Virus record (IMG/VR): IMGVR_UViG_3300009149_000011
Coordinates: 1 to 64,000 of that record
Length of the DNA: 64,000 nt
Reading direction: 5' to 3' (one strand)
Source: a virus
How positions within the stretch are numbered: the first letter of the stretch is position 1; every line of letters starts with the position of its first letter. Below the pieces are notes generated by a model. It worked only from the letters and a program-made list of their open reading frames with translations, did no database searches and was not told the origin of the DNA. This document shows positions 54,928-63,655 of the stretch, in pieces. The translations under genes were made by a program, and so were the position numbers.

Positions 54928-55812
54928 TTACTTCAAGCTTATGTGTTTGGTCCAAAACTCAACAGACTCTCTATACTTATCCTCATCTATAGGTTCTCCA
55001 TTTCCACCGTACTCTTTACCTGCAGCATTACGCAACATAGTAATAGGTTTCATAGGCTCTTGTTCCTCGGCGTTGTGAGCTAATATAGCTACAACACACC
55101 AATCGGCATCAAGATTAGCGCTAGAATTATTACTTATTAAATCTCTTACGTTGATGTGGTCTGGAAAATTGTAGCCATCCAAGCTCAATTGTTCAGCAAC
55201 TGATTTAGCTGCAAACTTCTCTTTCTCTCTATAGGCTGAAGCTTTATCATACTCAGCGTCTTTAGCTGCTTTATTTTTTAAAGTTTTAATATCTCCTATA
55301 GCCCCTAGTCTAGAGCACACTATATCAAAAGCTTCATCTTTTTTTACTTGACCTAGCTCAGAATAATCAATCAACTCTTTCGCAACTTGAGAAGCATTCT
55401 CTTTGATCACCTGCTCTTTTGAATAAAGGACAATTGTTAAATTATTAGCAACAGGCTTTAGATGATCTAATCTCTTTGGCAATTCAAGCCATTCAGATAA
55501 AACTGGAAGCTCACTATTTGTTCTTGCTGAATATCCAGATCTAACAAAAGGGTAATAAGCTGGAGACAGCTCAACAACAGATAACTTAGCATTGGTGAAG
55601 TTTTCAAATGTAATTAAACGAGAAAATTCATAATCTCCTTTTCTTACATTTTTAACTCTAGTGTGTTCAGCATCATCTTGAATTTCCAAATTCATATTAA
55701 CACCTTCAATGAACGATTCATACGTTCTATCCGTAATCTTCGTTCCTCCAAATCCTGGATCGAAATGCCTTTTGGCAAAATCGGTCATGCATATACTTTG
55801 TACGTCTTTCAT
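54928..55812 (-). CDS. DUF3228-like protein with inserted UVR-like hairpin
   Basis: RSGYSART..ELPVL, LYSKEQ, PMKPITMLRNA.G..GG.G...Y..SV.FW. Confidence 0.75.
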   Translation of the reverse strand: MKDVQSICMTDFAKRHFDPGFGGTKITDRTYESFIEGVNMNLEIQDDAEHTRVKNVRKGDYEFSRLITFENFTNAKLSVVELSPAYYPFVRSGYSARTNSELPVLSEWLELPKRLDHLKPVANNLTIVLYSKEQVIKENASQVAKELIDYSELGQVKKDEAFDIVCSRLGAIGDIKTLKNKAAKDAEYDKASAYREKEKFAAKSVAEQLSLDGYNFPDHINVRDLISNNSSANLDADWCVVAILAHNAEEQEPMKPITMLRNAAGKEYGGNGEPIDEDKYRESVEFWTKHISLK

Positions 55813-55824
55813 AATTTCGGCAAT

Positions 55825-56325
55825 TTAATGAGAATAAGTGATTACACCAAATTTAATTTCCACTTCTTTATAGAAATCTTTCAAAGCGGATATCTCGTTA
55901 GAGTACTCCACTTCAAATTCTTGCTTTGATTTTTCTATGTGATGAAACTCTATCTCAGTAGTATATTGCTCACCTCTACCTGAGTCTGATGTTGATATGG
56001 TTCCCTTGCCTCCATTAGGCATAAGAATTGTGTAACCTGTCTTTTGGTCTATATATTCAGGCTGAAAGAAAGCGTCCTCGTTTAAGTTTTCAGGCTCATT
56101 AAGCTCTCTATACAAATCATGCCAACCACAAAACGTTTCAGGAACCTCAATAGTTTCAGTCAACCTTTCTACTGGATCTCCAGTATCTGGATCAAACTTA
56201 ACTTTTTTCTTGAATATTTTATTAGTCTTTTGATTTTTATATATCATCTTTATCTCTTTCTTAATAATGACTTTATTCTTAACAAGTAGATAAGACCCTA
56301 CTACTGTTGTTGTATCTATTCCCAT
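55825..56325 (-). CDS. hypothetical protein
   Basis: First gene after promoter motif 56349-56373. Confidence 0.65.
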   Translation of the reverse strand: MGIDTTTVVGSYLLVKNKVIIKKEIKMIYKNQKTNKIFKKKVKFDPDTGDPVERLTETIEVPETFCGWHDLYRELNEPENLNEDAFFQPEYIDQKTGYTILMPNGGKGTISTSDSGRGEQYTTEIEFHHIEKSKQEFEVEYSNEISALKDFYKEVEIKFGVITYSH

Positions 56326-56424
56326 ATTTTCTATTCGTTTTATATTATAACGAAAAAAATGGATAAATGTTTCTATAATGGCAACAAAAAACCGAAAGGT
56401 TTCCCTATCGGCTTTTGTTTCAAG

Positions 56425-56511
56425 TTGCGGTGGGTAGGATTCGAACCTACGTTCTCTTTCGAGTTAGAGCTTATGAGACTCCGCTGGTACCAGACTCCAG
56501 TCGACCCCGCG
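56425..56511 (-). tRNA. tRNA-Met(CAT) with C1:A72 mismatch and long variable arm
   Basis: CT CAT AA loop; extra arm CTC-GAAA-GAG. Confidence 0.72.
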
Positions 56512-56543
56512 ATATACCTTCAAGATTGATATTCATCTAATTG

Positions 56544-56629
56544 TAGCGGGAGAAGGACTCGAACCTCCGCAAGCGCCTACGCGTCTCTGGGTTATGAGCC
56601 CAGCGTGTTACCAATTACACCACCCCGCA
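56544..56629 (-). tRNA. initiator-type tRNA-fMet(CAT) with long variable arm
   Basis: CTGGG CT CAT AA CCCAG (three G-C pairs), 1:72 mismatch; extra arm GCG-TAGG-CGC. Confidence 0.8.
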
Positions 56630-56749
56630 ATATATGCTTTGTATCTCATGGGTCAGGATGAACCTGTCTCATGTGATATGAATACCAATAAAATTTTTCG
56701 AATGTTTGAGTTTCTCTACGGAAATCGCTTGTGTCGTTTTGTTGTTTAG

Positions 56750-57110
56750 TTTAAAGACCTGAGAGGAGGCTCCGCCTCCCCTAAAGTCTCGAATTCTTTT
56801 AATTGAATGAATGCTGATTAGGCAGCCATTGCAAGAGATTCTGTGTTTACGTTTATTTCGCCGTTTACTTGTTTTGATCTAACTCTTTTCACTCCGTTCA
56901 TCATGACCAGTCAAGTGCCAGTTAATCCCCATTTAAACTCTTTACCTTAAAGTTTGATTTCTCAGGGACAATAAGGAATCAGATAACTGTTTCCATGTCA
57001 TAGTTACGTTTCCGAAGAAAGAGGCTTTACTAGACCTAGTGGAGAATTGGGGAGTTGAACCCCAGTCCTGTGAAACTTCTCGAAACAAATACGAACGAGT
57101 AGCGATCCTG
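56750..57110 (-). ncRNA. ssrA: circularly permuted two-piece tmRNA; tag (A)GEINVNTESLAMAA
   Basis: Acceptor piece ...GGAC-TGGGG-TTCAACT-CCCCA-ATTCTCC-A (ends 57040) precedes coding piece GGGGATTAACTGGCACTTGAC (starts 56930); G3:U70; tag ORF 56818-56862. Outer ends are approximate. Confidence 0.85.
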
Positions 57111-57177
57111 TATAAATACAAAACAAAATTACAAAAAGTTCAAACTAATATCAAATTATTTTGATATTATTTTAATA

Positions 57178-57510
57178 TTAGTATAAATCATCTAAAAATA
57201 CGGGCGTAGTTTCACCTAAATAACCTCCAATTATGTTATAGTAAAAATACTCCAAAGCATCCTCGTGAGTCATATCATCCTTCATAAGGATATCTATGAT
57301 TCCCTTCTTACTGTATAATACGGCCATATCATTTCCGAATTTCTCTACAACCCCTACTATAGCATCGTCTAATCCATCGAAGAATATCAATCCATAATCT
57401 TCATCATAGTTTTGCTCTATCTCTTCACGTTTAGATATCTTTTTAATCTCTTTTTTTTCGCTCATTATTTTGGTTTTCTTATTGCTAATTGATATACGGT
57501 TATCGGCCAT
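57178..57510 (-). CDS. conserved phage protein (start probably MSEKK)
   Basis: DGLDDAIVG...Y....I...M..EDALEYF.YNI.G.Y.GE.TP.F. Confidence 0.75.
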   Translation of the reverse strand: MADNRISISNKKTKIMSEKKEIKKISKREEIEQNYDEDYGLIFFDGLDDAIVGVVEKFGNDMAVLYSKKGIIDILMKDDMTHEDALEYFYYNIIGGYLGETTPVFLDDLY

Positions 57511-57656
57511 GTTAATGTTACTGCTATTATCATAATCAGCTCTTTTTTAGGGACAGTTTGCTCCAAGTTAGTACCATACTTAAAAAGAAGCAAAGTAGAT
57601 AACGAGAAACAACCACCCATCAAAAAATACATTGAAATATATAATCCCCAGTCCAT
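57465..57656 (-). CDS. small membrane protein
   Basis: Two TM with WP motif. Confidence 0.6.
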   Translation of the reverse strand: MDWGLYISMYFLMGGCFSLSTLLLFKYGTNLEQTVPKKELIMIIAVTLTWPITVYQLAIRKPK

Positions 57657-58624
57657 TAGAAGTTTGTTTCTATAATCTTTTTTACTGGAAAAAATTCATT
57701 TACAGCACTAGACTCCTCGTCTTTATTAAACTTGTTACCATCCCAAAGAAAAGCCGATGCGTGAGTTGATCTTTGTATATATTTAATTACAAAATTATAC
57801 AACTCAACAAATGGCTGATCCTGTTTAAATCCTGGTAAAGTCATTCCCCAATAATTTAAAAAGAACTCCATAAATACCTCCAAATGAGCCGATCCCACAT
57901 GTTTCCAGTAATCTGCTGTCGGAGTCCATATATCTGTGTGAGGATGCACATCTACTATAGCTGAGGCAATTGCGAAACAAGCTTCATCAGGAACTTGTTG
58001 AGCCCATTTACTCATTTCAATATCAACGTCTCCATTAGACACCGCATCATATACCTCTAATGCTTTGTCAAACAATTTTTCAGCTGAGCCTCCTTTCTTC
58101 CAATAAATAAAGTGGCTATGTATTTGAGACATTGTTCCTTCTTTTAAATCAAAAGCTTTTGCAAAATTACCAACAGTACCCCAGTCCATTATTTTTTGAT
58201 TTGACTTTTTAGCAATGTCAAATTTACCAGAAACATATGAAGTAAAATCATGCTCCTGCAATTCATACATAAGCCATGAGACCTTTTTACCAGGAAACCA
58301 TAATGAATCAGAATCAATAAATGCAACTTCATCAAACGGGTTATAATGATTAATCATGCATTTAAATCTACTAGGCATCATAACGTCATCAACGTATAAA
58401 TCCTCCCTTTTAGCTAATATCTTTAAAGTGAATATCTTTTGCTGTTTATAATCCAATTCTGCAAACACCTCATCGCCATAATATATAATGGCAATTGGTA
58501 TTGTAGGGTCTTCAGATCTAATGCTTAGAGCTAGATTGTAGGCATACTTGCCATACACCGATTGCCCTGCCGCAAACAATAATACCCCTTTAGATAAATC
58601 TGTTTTTTCAGTTTTTACTCCCAT
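57656..58624 (-). CDS. GT-A fold glycosyltransferase
   Basis: Y...A.NLA.SIR, K......PFDE..FIDSD (DxD), PDE. Confidence 0.72.
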   Translation of the reverse strand: MGVKTEKTDLSKGVLLFAAGQSVYGKYAYNLALSIRSEDPTIPIAIIYYGDEVFAELDYKQQKIFTLKILAKREDLYVDDVMMPSRFKCMINHYNPFDEVAFIDSDSLWFPGKKVSWLMYELQEHDFTSYVSGKFDIAKKSNQKIMDWGTVGNFAKAFDLKEGTMSQIHSHFIYWKKGGSAEKLFDKALEVYDAVSNGDVDIEMSKWAQQVPDEACFAIASAIVDVHPHTDIWTPTADYWKHVGSAHLEVFMEFFLNYWGMTLPGFKQDQPFVELYNFVIKYIQRSTHASAFLWDGNKFNKDEESSAVNEFFPVKKIIETNF

Positions 58625-59127
58625 TAGAAATCTTCGTTTTTTACTTTAATGTCTGCGTAGTAATCAGCAAACTCTTTCTTTTCCCAAGAAAGTCTAGTGT
58701 CAATCTTTCCATCTTCCCAACCTCTACCAGACTTCATTCTCTTAATTCTTATATCCTCATCAATGTCAAATCCAATCACCACAAATTGATCATGGTATTC
58801 TTTAGGTATCTTGGATATACCTGAAGGAGTCATGATAAAAAGGTCAAATAACTCAAACTGTTCTTTGGTGGTGCCGTAATAATCAGATATCACCGTTCCA
58901 TCTTCCAATTTGTTATCAACTCTATCATATTCAAGCCACATATCTTGCTCTATCATACCTTCAAAATCTTCTTTAGTTATAAAAAGGTAATCCTCTCCAT
59001 TAACTTCTCCAGGTCTTGGATCTCTAGTAGTAAATGAAACGCCTAATTTAAAACCTTTAGTTTCAAACTTTTTTCTAGCGTAATCTTTTCCAGATGCGGA
59101 TGGCCCGCATAAAATAACTTTTCCCAT
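58624..59127 (-). CDS. gmk: guanylate kinase-like
   Basis: GPSASGKD, SFTTRDPRPGEVNGEDYLF, YYGT. Confidence 0.88.
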   Translation of the reverse strand: MGKVILCGPSASGKDYARKKFETKGFKLGVSFTTRDPRPGEVNGEDYLFITKEDFEGMIEQDMWLEYDRVDNKLEDGTVISDYYGTTKEQFELFDLFIMTPSGISKIPKEYHDQFVVIGFDIDEDIRIKRMKSGRGWEDGKIDTRLSWEKKEFADYYADIKVKNEDF

Positions 59128-59149
59128 TGTATTATACTTTTATCTTTCT

Positions 59150-59977
59150 TTAACTATTAGTGCTATATTTACCGTTTATAGATCTTCGATCTTTGTTCCT
59201 TTGAATAAATTCAATCATTTGCTGATTTTGTTGTTGAGCTAATATAGCATCAGAATGAGCTCTTTCTTCAGCTCTAATCTTCATTTCTGACCTACGTTCA
59301 TCTGAAATGTTTGGGACCTTATCCCAATAGCTTGCCGCACTATTACTTATAGATGCGTTATGAGATTGCATTTGATCTCCCGCTACACTTACATGATTAT
59401 TATGAGTTGCAGAAACGGTATCTGATACAGATATAAGTCTAATCTTAGGCTTTTTTCTACCAACAATTACTCTACTTGACCACCAATGTTTAAAGTCCTT
59501 ACTCATCCTACTATCTTTCTCGAAAATAGGAAATTTGTCTTGATACGTTATTATAAATTCATTAGATAAAATTTGAGTTTGCCAAATAACTTCCCAACAT
59601 CTATCATCTAGATATTTTATATGACCCCTAATGAAAGACTCACTCATTTCTTGATATTTACACACCAAAAACCAATTAATTTCTTCTTTGAAGCTTTCTA
59701 TAAAAGCTTCTGAAACAATTTGATCTTTTATAACCAAGGGCCATTCAATGTATTCAAAGTATGCTTCTAAAACTTCCTCTGGAATAAAGTAGTCTTGAGA
59801 AATAGATGTTATAACTTTCTCTATAGCAGAGAACTTTAGATTACGTGCATATTCTGCAGCATCACTGTAAGGGCTTACGATAACTCCATCTTCTTTATTC
59901 AAATAACTTTCAGCTATGTACTTTCTAGTTTCCTTGAATATAAGTTTCTCAGCTAAAGATATACTAATCTCTTTCAT
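59150..59977 (-). CDS. tryptophan-repeat protein
   Basis: INWFLVCKYQEMSESFI-type repeats. Confidence 0.7.
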   Translation of the reverse strand: MKEISISLAEKLIFKETRKYIAESYLNKEDGVIVSPYSDAAEYARNLKFSAIEKVITSISQDYFIPEEVLEAYFEYIEWPLVIKDQIVSEAFIESFKEEINWFLVCKYQEMSESFIRGHIKYLDDRCWEVIWQTQILSNEFIITYQDKFPIFEKDSRMSKDFKHWWSSRVIVGRKKPKIRLISVSDTVSATHNNHVSVAGDQMQSHNASISNSAASYWDKVPNISDERRSEMKIRAEERAHSDAILAQQQNQQMIEFIQRNKDRRSINGKYSTNS

Positions 59978-60008
59978 CTTGCGTTTTAATTCAAGACAAA
60001 TATAGGAA

Positions 60009-60734
60009 TTAATTATCTCTTAAGCAAATAGGAGATACTTCAAAATTCACAATCACAGATATTCCTAATGGGTATTCGCCAATTCCCTCTACAGGTTCCA
60101 CTTGTAGATTTATATAAGAAACTTTATCTCCAGAATTTAGACTGTCATGAATAGATGAGAATAGAGACACTTCAAACAGGTTATGCTTCTTTCTGAGGTC
60201 ATCCACGATTCCTACAAGCTCATCCTTTGAAACATCTGACTTAAACCCGTTAAAAAATGCTTCATAAATGTCTAGATTAAATTGAGCGGCTCTTTGAAAC
60301 ACGTGAAAAGATATGTTGTTTCCATGCTCTTTTTCAAAGTAAGATTTTAAATCTGAAGCTTCTAAATTTGTAAATATTTCGTGTATATGATGAGAGTCCC
60401 TACTGACATATCTATATAGCCTACTCCTATCATCGTTGTGTTGAGCAAAATGCTCTACCATATCCAATAATACATTTTCATCCCCTTTAGCATCCAGCTC
60501 AGCTAATGTATATATTGCTTTATATTTATCATATCTATCACCCAGGTAATCTTTATGATTCTCTAAAAATTCCCTTGATAGCTTTTGTTTTTTTAATACT
60601 AGATCTATATTTATAAACTCTATAAACTCGGAAAGAAATTCTTCAGGTATTTCTTCATGATTATCATATATAGCATCCCAATCGTCACCGCCATTTACAT
60701 CTTCAAGAATCTGTTCCTTTAATAATTCAGTCAT
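60009..60734 (-). CDS. hypothetical protein with Trp-repeat-like N-terminus
   Basis: IPEEFLSEF, QKLSREFLENH. Confidence 0.65.
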   Translation of the reverse strand: MTELLKEQILEDVNGGDDWDAIYDNHEEIPEEFLSEFIEFINIDLVLKKQKLSREFLENHKDYLGDRYDKYKAIYTLAELDAKGDENVLLDMVEHFAQHNDDRSRLYRYVSRDSHHIHEIFTNLEASDLKSYFEKEHGNNISFHVFQRAAQFNLDIYEAFFNGFKSDVSKDELVGIVDDLRKKHNLFEVSLFSSIHDSLNSGDKVSYINLQVEPVEGIGEYPLGISVIVNFEVSPICLRDN

Positions 60735-60812
60735 GTAAAAAATATACTATTATGAATTATTAAAATAAAGCAAAAAAAAGGAGACCTTAATAGGTCTCCT
60801 TTTTAATATTAT

Positions 60813-61520
60813 TTACTCATCATCATTATAAACGTAATTATCATCTTTCAATTTGTAATTACTTTTATAGTCGGGCCTTAATTGGAATGCTAGTTCATAA
60901 GACTCTCTTGAACCTCCTTCTAAAGAGCGTATTTGAGATACTCCATCCGACATGCTCATGATTCCACAATTATACCCAATATCCTCAGAGCTCCATTCAT
61001 ATTTAATTTCAACATCAGGAAACTTCTGCCCCAACTTTTCAATTAAATCAGGAACCCCACTCCAAGGTGTTTCAAATGTAAATATGTCTTCTGAAACTTT
61101 TTGGCAACAATAACTATTCCACTTAACTCCCCAATTTTCCCTATTCCAATTGCCCCACCAATTAGGCAAGTGATCAACCTCACTTTGGCTAGGCTCGTCA
61201 TTATAAGCTGGATCGTCCAGTGGTGGCTTTACAATTTTTCCAAAATCAGGAAGCTGATCCCATGCGTCATCAAAGTAAGGCACGTATCCTTCTGGAACAC
61301 CTTCCACAGGCTCCCCCTCTCTTCTTTTGAAGATATTTGTTTTCTCGTCTAACCAGCCATATTCTACATTATCATCATCGATATATTTCGTATATGTCCT
61401 ACCTCCATCAAAAGAGTAATGCTCTCTCTTCTTATGATGAGTGGTAATAGAGTCTATAACTTTTTTTACCAAGTCTGGATCTCCTATTATCTGTATTCTA
61501 TTCTTTATGTGATTTGGCAT
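60813..61520 (-). CDS. DUF1281/YubB ferredoxin-like domain protein
   Basis: MPNHIKN...WNRENWGVKWN...FETPWS...EDIGYNCG. Confidence 0.8.
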   Translation of the reverse strand: MPNHIKNRIQIIGDPDLVKKVIDSITTHHKKREHYSFDGGRTYTKYIDDDNVEYGWLDEKTNIFKRREGEPVEGVPEGYVPYFDDAWDQLPDFGKIVKPPLDDPAYNDEPSQSEVDHLPNWWGNWNRENWGVKWNSYCCQKVSEDIFTFETPWSGVPDLIEKLGQKFPDVEIKYEWSSEDIGYNCGIMSMSDGVSQIRSLEGGSRESYELAFQLRPDYKSNYKLKDDNYVYNDDE

Positions 61521-61523
61521 ATC

Positions 61524-61988
61524 TTATTGTTGTTTAAGTAATACGGCCTCCATTACATGATGTTCATCTTGCGTTCCAGGTAAAGTTTTATAACCTTTTT
61601 TAATATGTATAGCATCAAACTTAGGCTTGTCGTCTATAATATCCATAAAGTGAATTTGATCGATAACTTCTCCAATGTCAGGCTTTAAGAAAAATCTTGA
61701 TGATGATTTGCATAAGAACTGTATTGTTTTGTATTCAACAAGGCCCAGCAAAGGATCATCTACAGTTTCAATAATATCAAACGTAAGAGAAACTCTTCTT
61801 AGTTTTTCTTTTAATCTTTCCATAGATGAATCACTTAATGGGTAGTATCCAAATACAGTACCTTCACCTTTATGTATCTTAGAAACTATTTTAACGTTTT
61901 CTAAAATAGAAACTAACTTTTCATCTGATACGTTTTTATAGTTGTAATACAACTGCGAAATTGGCGCTTCTTTTGTCTCCATAATCAA
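61524..61988 (-). CDS. hypothetical protein
   Basis: FFLKPDIGEVIDQI motif. Confidence 0.65.
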   Translation of the reverse strand: MIMETKEAPISQLYYNYKNVSDEKLVSILENVKIVSKIHKGEGTVFGYYPLSDSSMERLKEKLRRVSLTFDIIETVDDPLLGLVEYKTIQFLCKSSSRFFLKPDIGEVIDQIHFMDIIDDKPKFDAIHIKKGYKTLPGTQDEHHVMEAVLLKQQ

Positions 61989-62254
61989 TCTTCCTCTAAG
62001 TAAAGTTTAGCAAATGGATTCATTTTGAATGTTCTGACAAATTCGTACTGTTTGCCTTTAGGTATTGCATCTAATACTTGTCTAATGTCTGGAGTATCGT
62101 TAATGATAAATCCTCCAGTCATAATCACCTCTTCACCTTTTCTTTGAATAGCTGCTAGATGGTTTTTTTTGTTAATTCTATTAGCTATTAAAATAACTTC
62201 TTCGTAACCCCCAGTGCTAGGGGTTATATGCAATACGTTCATAAATTCATCCAT
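61985..62254 (-). CDS. hypothetical protein
   Basis: Start moved to MDEFM (62254) because the upstream part overlaps a tRNA. Confidence 0.6.
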   Translation of the reverse strand: MDEFMNVLHITPSTGGYEEVILIANRINKKNHLAAIQRKGEEVIMTGGFIINDTPDIRQVLDAIPKGKQYEFVRTFKMNPFAKLYLEED

Positions 62255-62265
62255 TTTAAAGTTAG

Positions 62266-62338
62266 AGGGAGTGATGGGGCTCGAACCCACGACCACGGTG
62301 TTAGAGACCGCTGTTCTAACCAGCTGAACTACACTCCC
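62266..62338 (-). tRNA. amber suppressor tRNA(CTA), Trp-like body
   Basis: GGGAGTG/CACTCCC acceptor, GCGGT CT CTA AC ACCGT, GTGGG-TTCGAGC-CCCAT; own promoter motif 62351-62375. Confidence 0.88.
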
Positions 62339-62409
62339 ATATACTTCTATAACGAATGAATGTTATATTTGTTGCATGTATTGTAAAATATTGTATAGCA
62401 AGTAATGTT

Positions 62410-63318
62410 TTATATACTATTCAGTAGATCTGAGATGTATTTTGGAGGAGTTTCTTCTGGATCATTATCGTTTTCAACAGATCCTTTAATCCACTCAGAA
62501 ATGTCAGCAATGTCGTTTAGATCGTATTTATCATCCAATCCCGACTCTTTCATTTGATCTAGCCAAGCACTCCACGCTTTTTCTCTACCTTTCTCAACCA
62601 AGTCATACAAAAACCCTTTTAGTAAAGGGTTGTTTATTTTTTCTAATACAGATTTATCAATATGCTTATCATTTGAATCATTAAAAGCTTTTTCTAATTC
62701 ATTAAACCAAGCTTTTATTTCTGGTTTTAGATCAAGCTTTTCTAGTATAATAACAAAAAACTCTTTATCTCTATCTGTGTTGAATTTCTTTACATCATAA
62801 ACATCCGCTATATGATTATTTGTCTTCCCTTTAACTTTCATAGCATTTACTGCTTCTGATTTATCGGAGGTTATCTTCATTACCTTTCCATCTCCAATAT
62901 CATGAGCTGGCCCAAACATCCCCTTCCCTATAAAAGAAGATTTTTCAATACCCATTTTAGATTTTATTTTATCTAACATAGTTTCTTCATTCAAGTCTAA
63001 CCCCTCTGGCTCCTGATTAAAAGAAGAATAGTAATCACCAAACCCAAGATCGAAAACACCTAGATTTCCATTTGTTTTAATTCCTAAATTATCGACATTA
63101 ATAAAGTCTTTAGAATCAATACCACTTTCCCTTACTTCAGATACTAATGAGATAAATTGCTGTAGCACTTTCTTTAACTTATCATCCAACATGGGAACTT
63201 CAAACAATGAAGCGTCAGACCCATCATGTATATTAGAAATAAAGTCTTTAAAACTAACTTTCTTTTGCTCTAATAAAGCTCTTCTAACCTCTTCTTGTAT
63301 GATGTTTATAATATCCAT
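62410..63318 (-). CDS. IIQEE-motif protein with protein-kinase-like motifs in permuted order
   Basis: DFINVDNLG...VFDLG precedes IGKGMFG...VMKIT...E...IADVYDV...ILEKL. Confidence 0.6.
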   Translation of the reverse strand: MDIINIIQEEVRRALLEQKKVSFKDFISNIHDGSDASLFEVPMLDDKLKKVLQQFISLVSEVRESGIDSKDFINVDNLGIKTNGNLGVFDLGFGDYYSSFNQEPEGLDLNEETMLDKIKSKMGIEKSSFIGKGMFGPAHDIGDGKVMKITSDKSEAVNAMKVKGKTNNHIADVYDVKKFNTDRDKEFFVIILEKLDLKPEIKAWFNELEKAFNDSNDKHIDKSVLEKINNPLLKGFLYDLVEKGREKAWSAWLDQMKESGLDDKYDLNDIADISEWIKGSVENDNDPEETPPKYISDLLNSI

Positions 63319-63342
63319 ATATATAAATATTGTAAAATATTG

Positions 63343-63481
63343 TAGCGTAGAGAGGAGTCGAACCTCTACTTAATCATTATAAACATTAGAACCGCCGCAA
63401 GCAGGAGTTGCCCCAAATTTCACGCGCCATGAAACTCTTCTAATGCCTATTACTTTGGGTATACCCAATTGTAACTACGCT
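63343..63481 (-). ncRNA. oversized (139-nt) tRNA-like RNA with branched anticodon domain
   Basis: AGCGTAG/CTACGCT-A, AGAGG-TTCGACT-CCTCT, 12-bp stem TAGGCATTAGAA/TTCTAATGTTTA capped by three hairpins. Confidence 0.65.
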
Positions 63482-63573
63482 GGCCAAATAGTGAAAGCGG
63501 TTTCTCAATACCTCTGATTTAACCCTTGCAATGGGGTACCCTTTCATGCTATACCAGTAAACACGTACTATTG

Positions 63574-63649
63574 CGCCCAAGGAAGGATTCGAACCTCCAA
63601 ACATAAACTTTGCGGAATTTATGACATCATACCGTTTGATGTCTTGGGC
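63574..63649 (-). tRNA. atypical tRNA, extended anticodon arm with loop TCCGCAAA
   Basis: CATAAAT TCCGCAAA GTTTATG. Confidence 0.6.
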
Positions 63650-63655
63650 AACTTG

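Noticed and set aside
56641-56678. Alternative one-piece tmRNA 3' end
   Set aside because: It forms a self-contained hairpin with no proper T-loop or acceptor complement. The true 3' half is at 57040-57068.
998-63373. Most + strand ORFs in the track (e.g. 998, 1553, 22433, 36956, 43196, 50113)
   Set aside because: They are antisense shadows of well-supported minus-strand genes or tRNAs. Only 12658-13455 and 15467-15673 are accepted.
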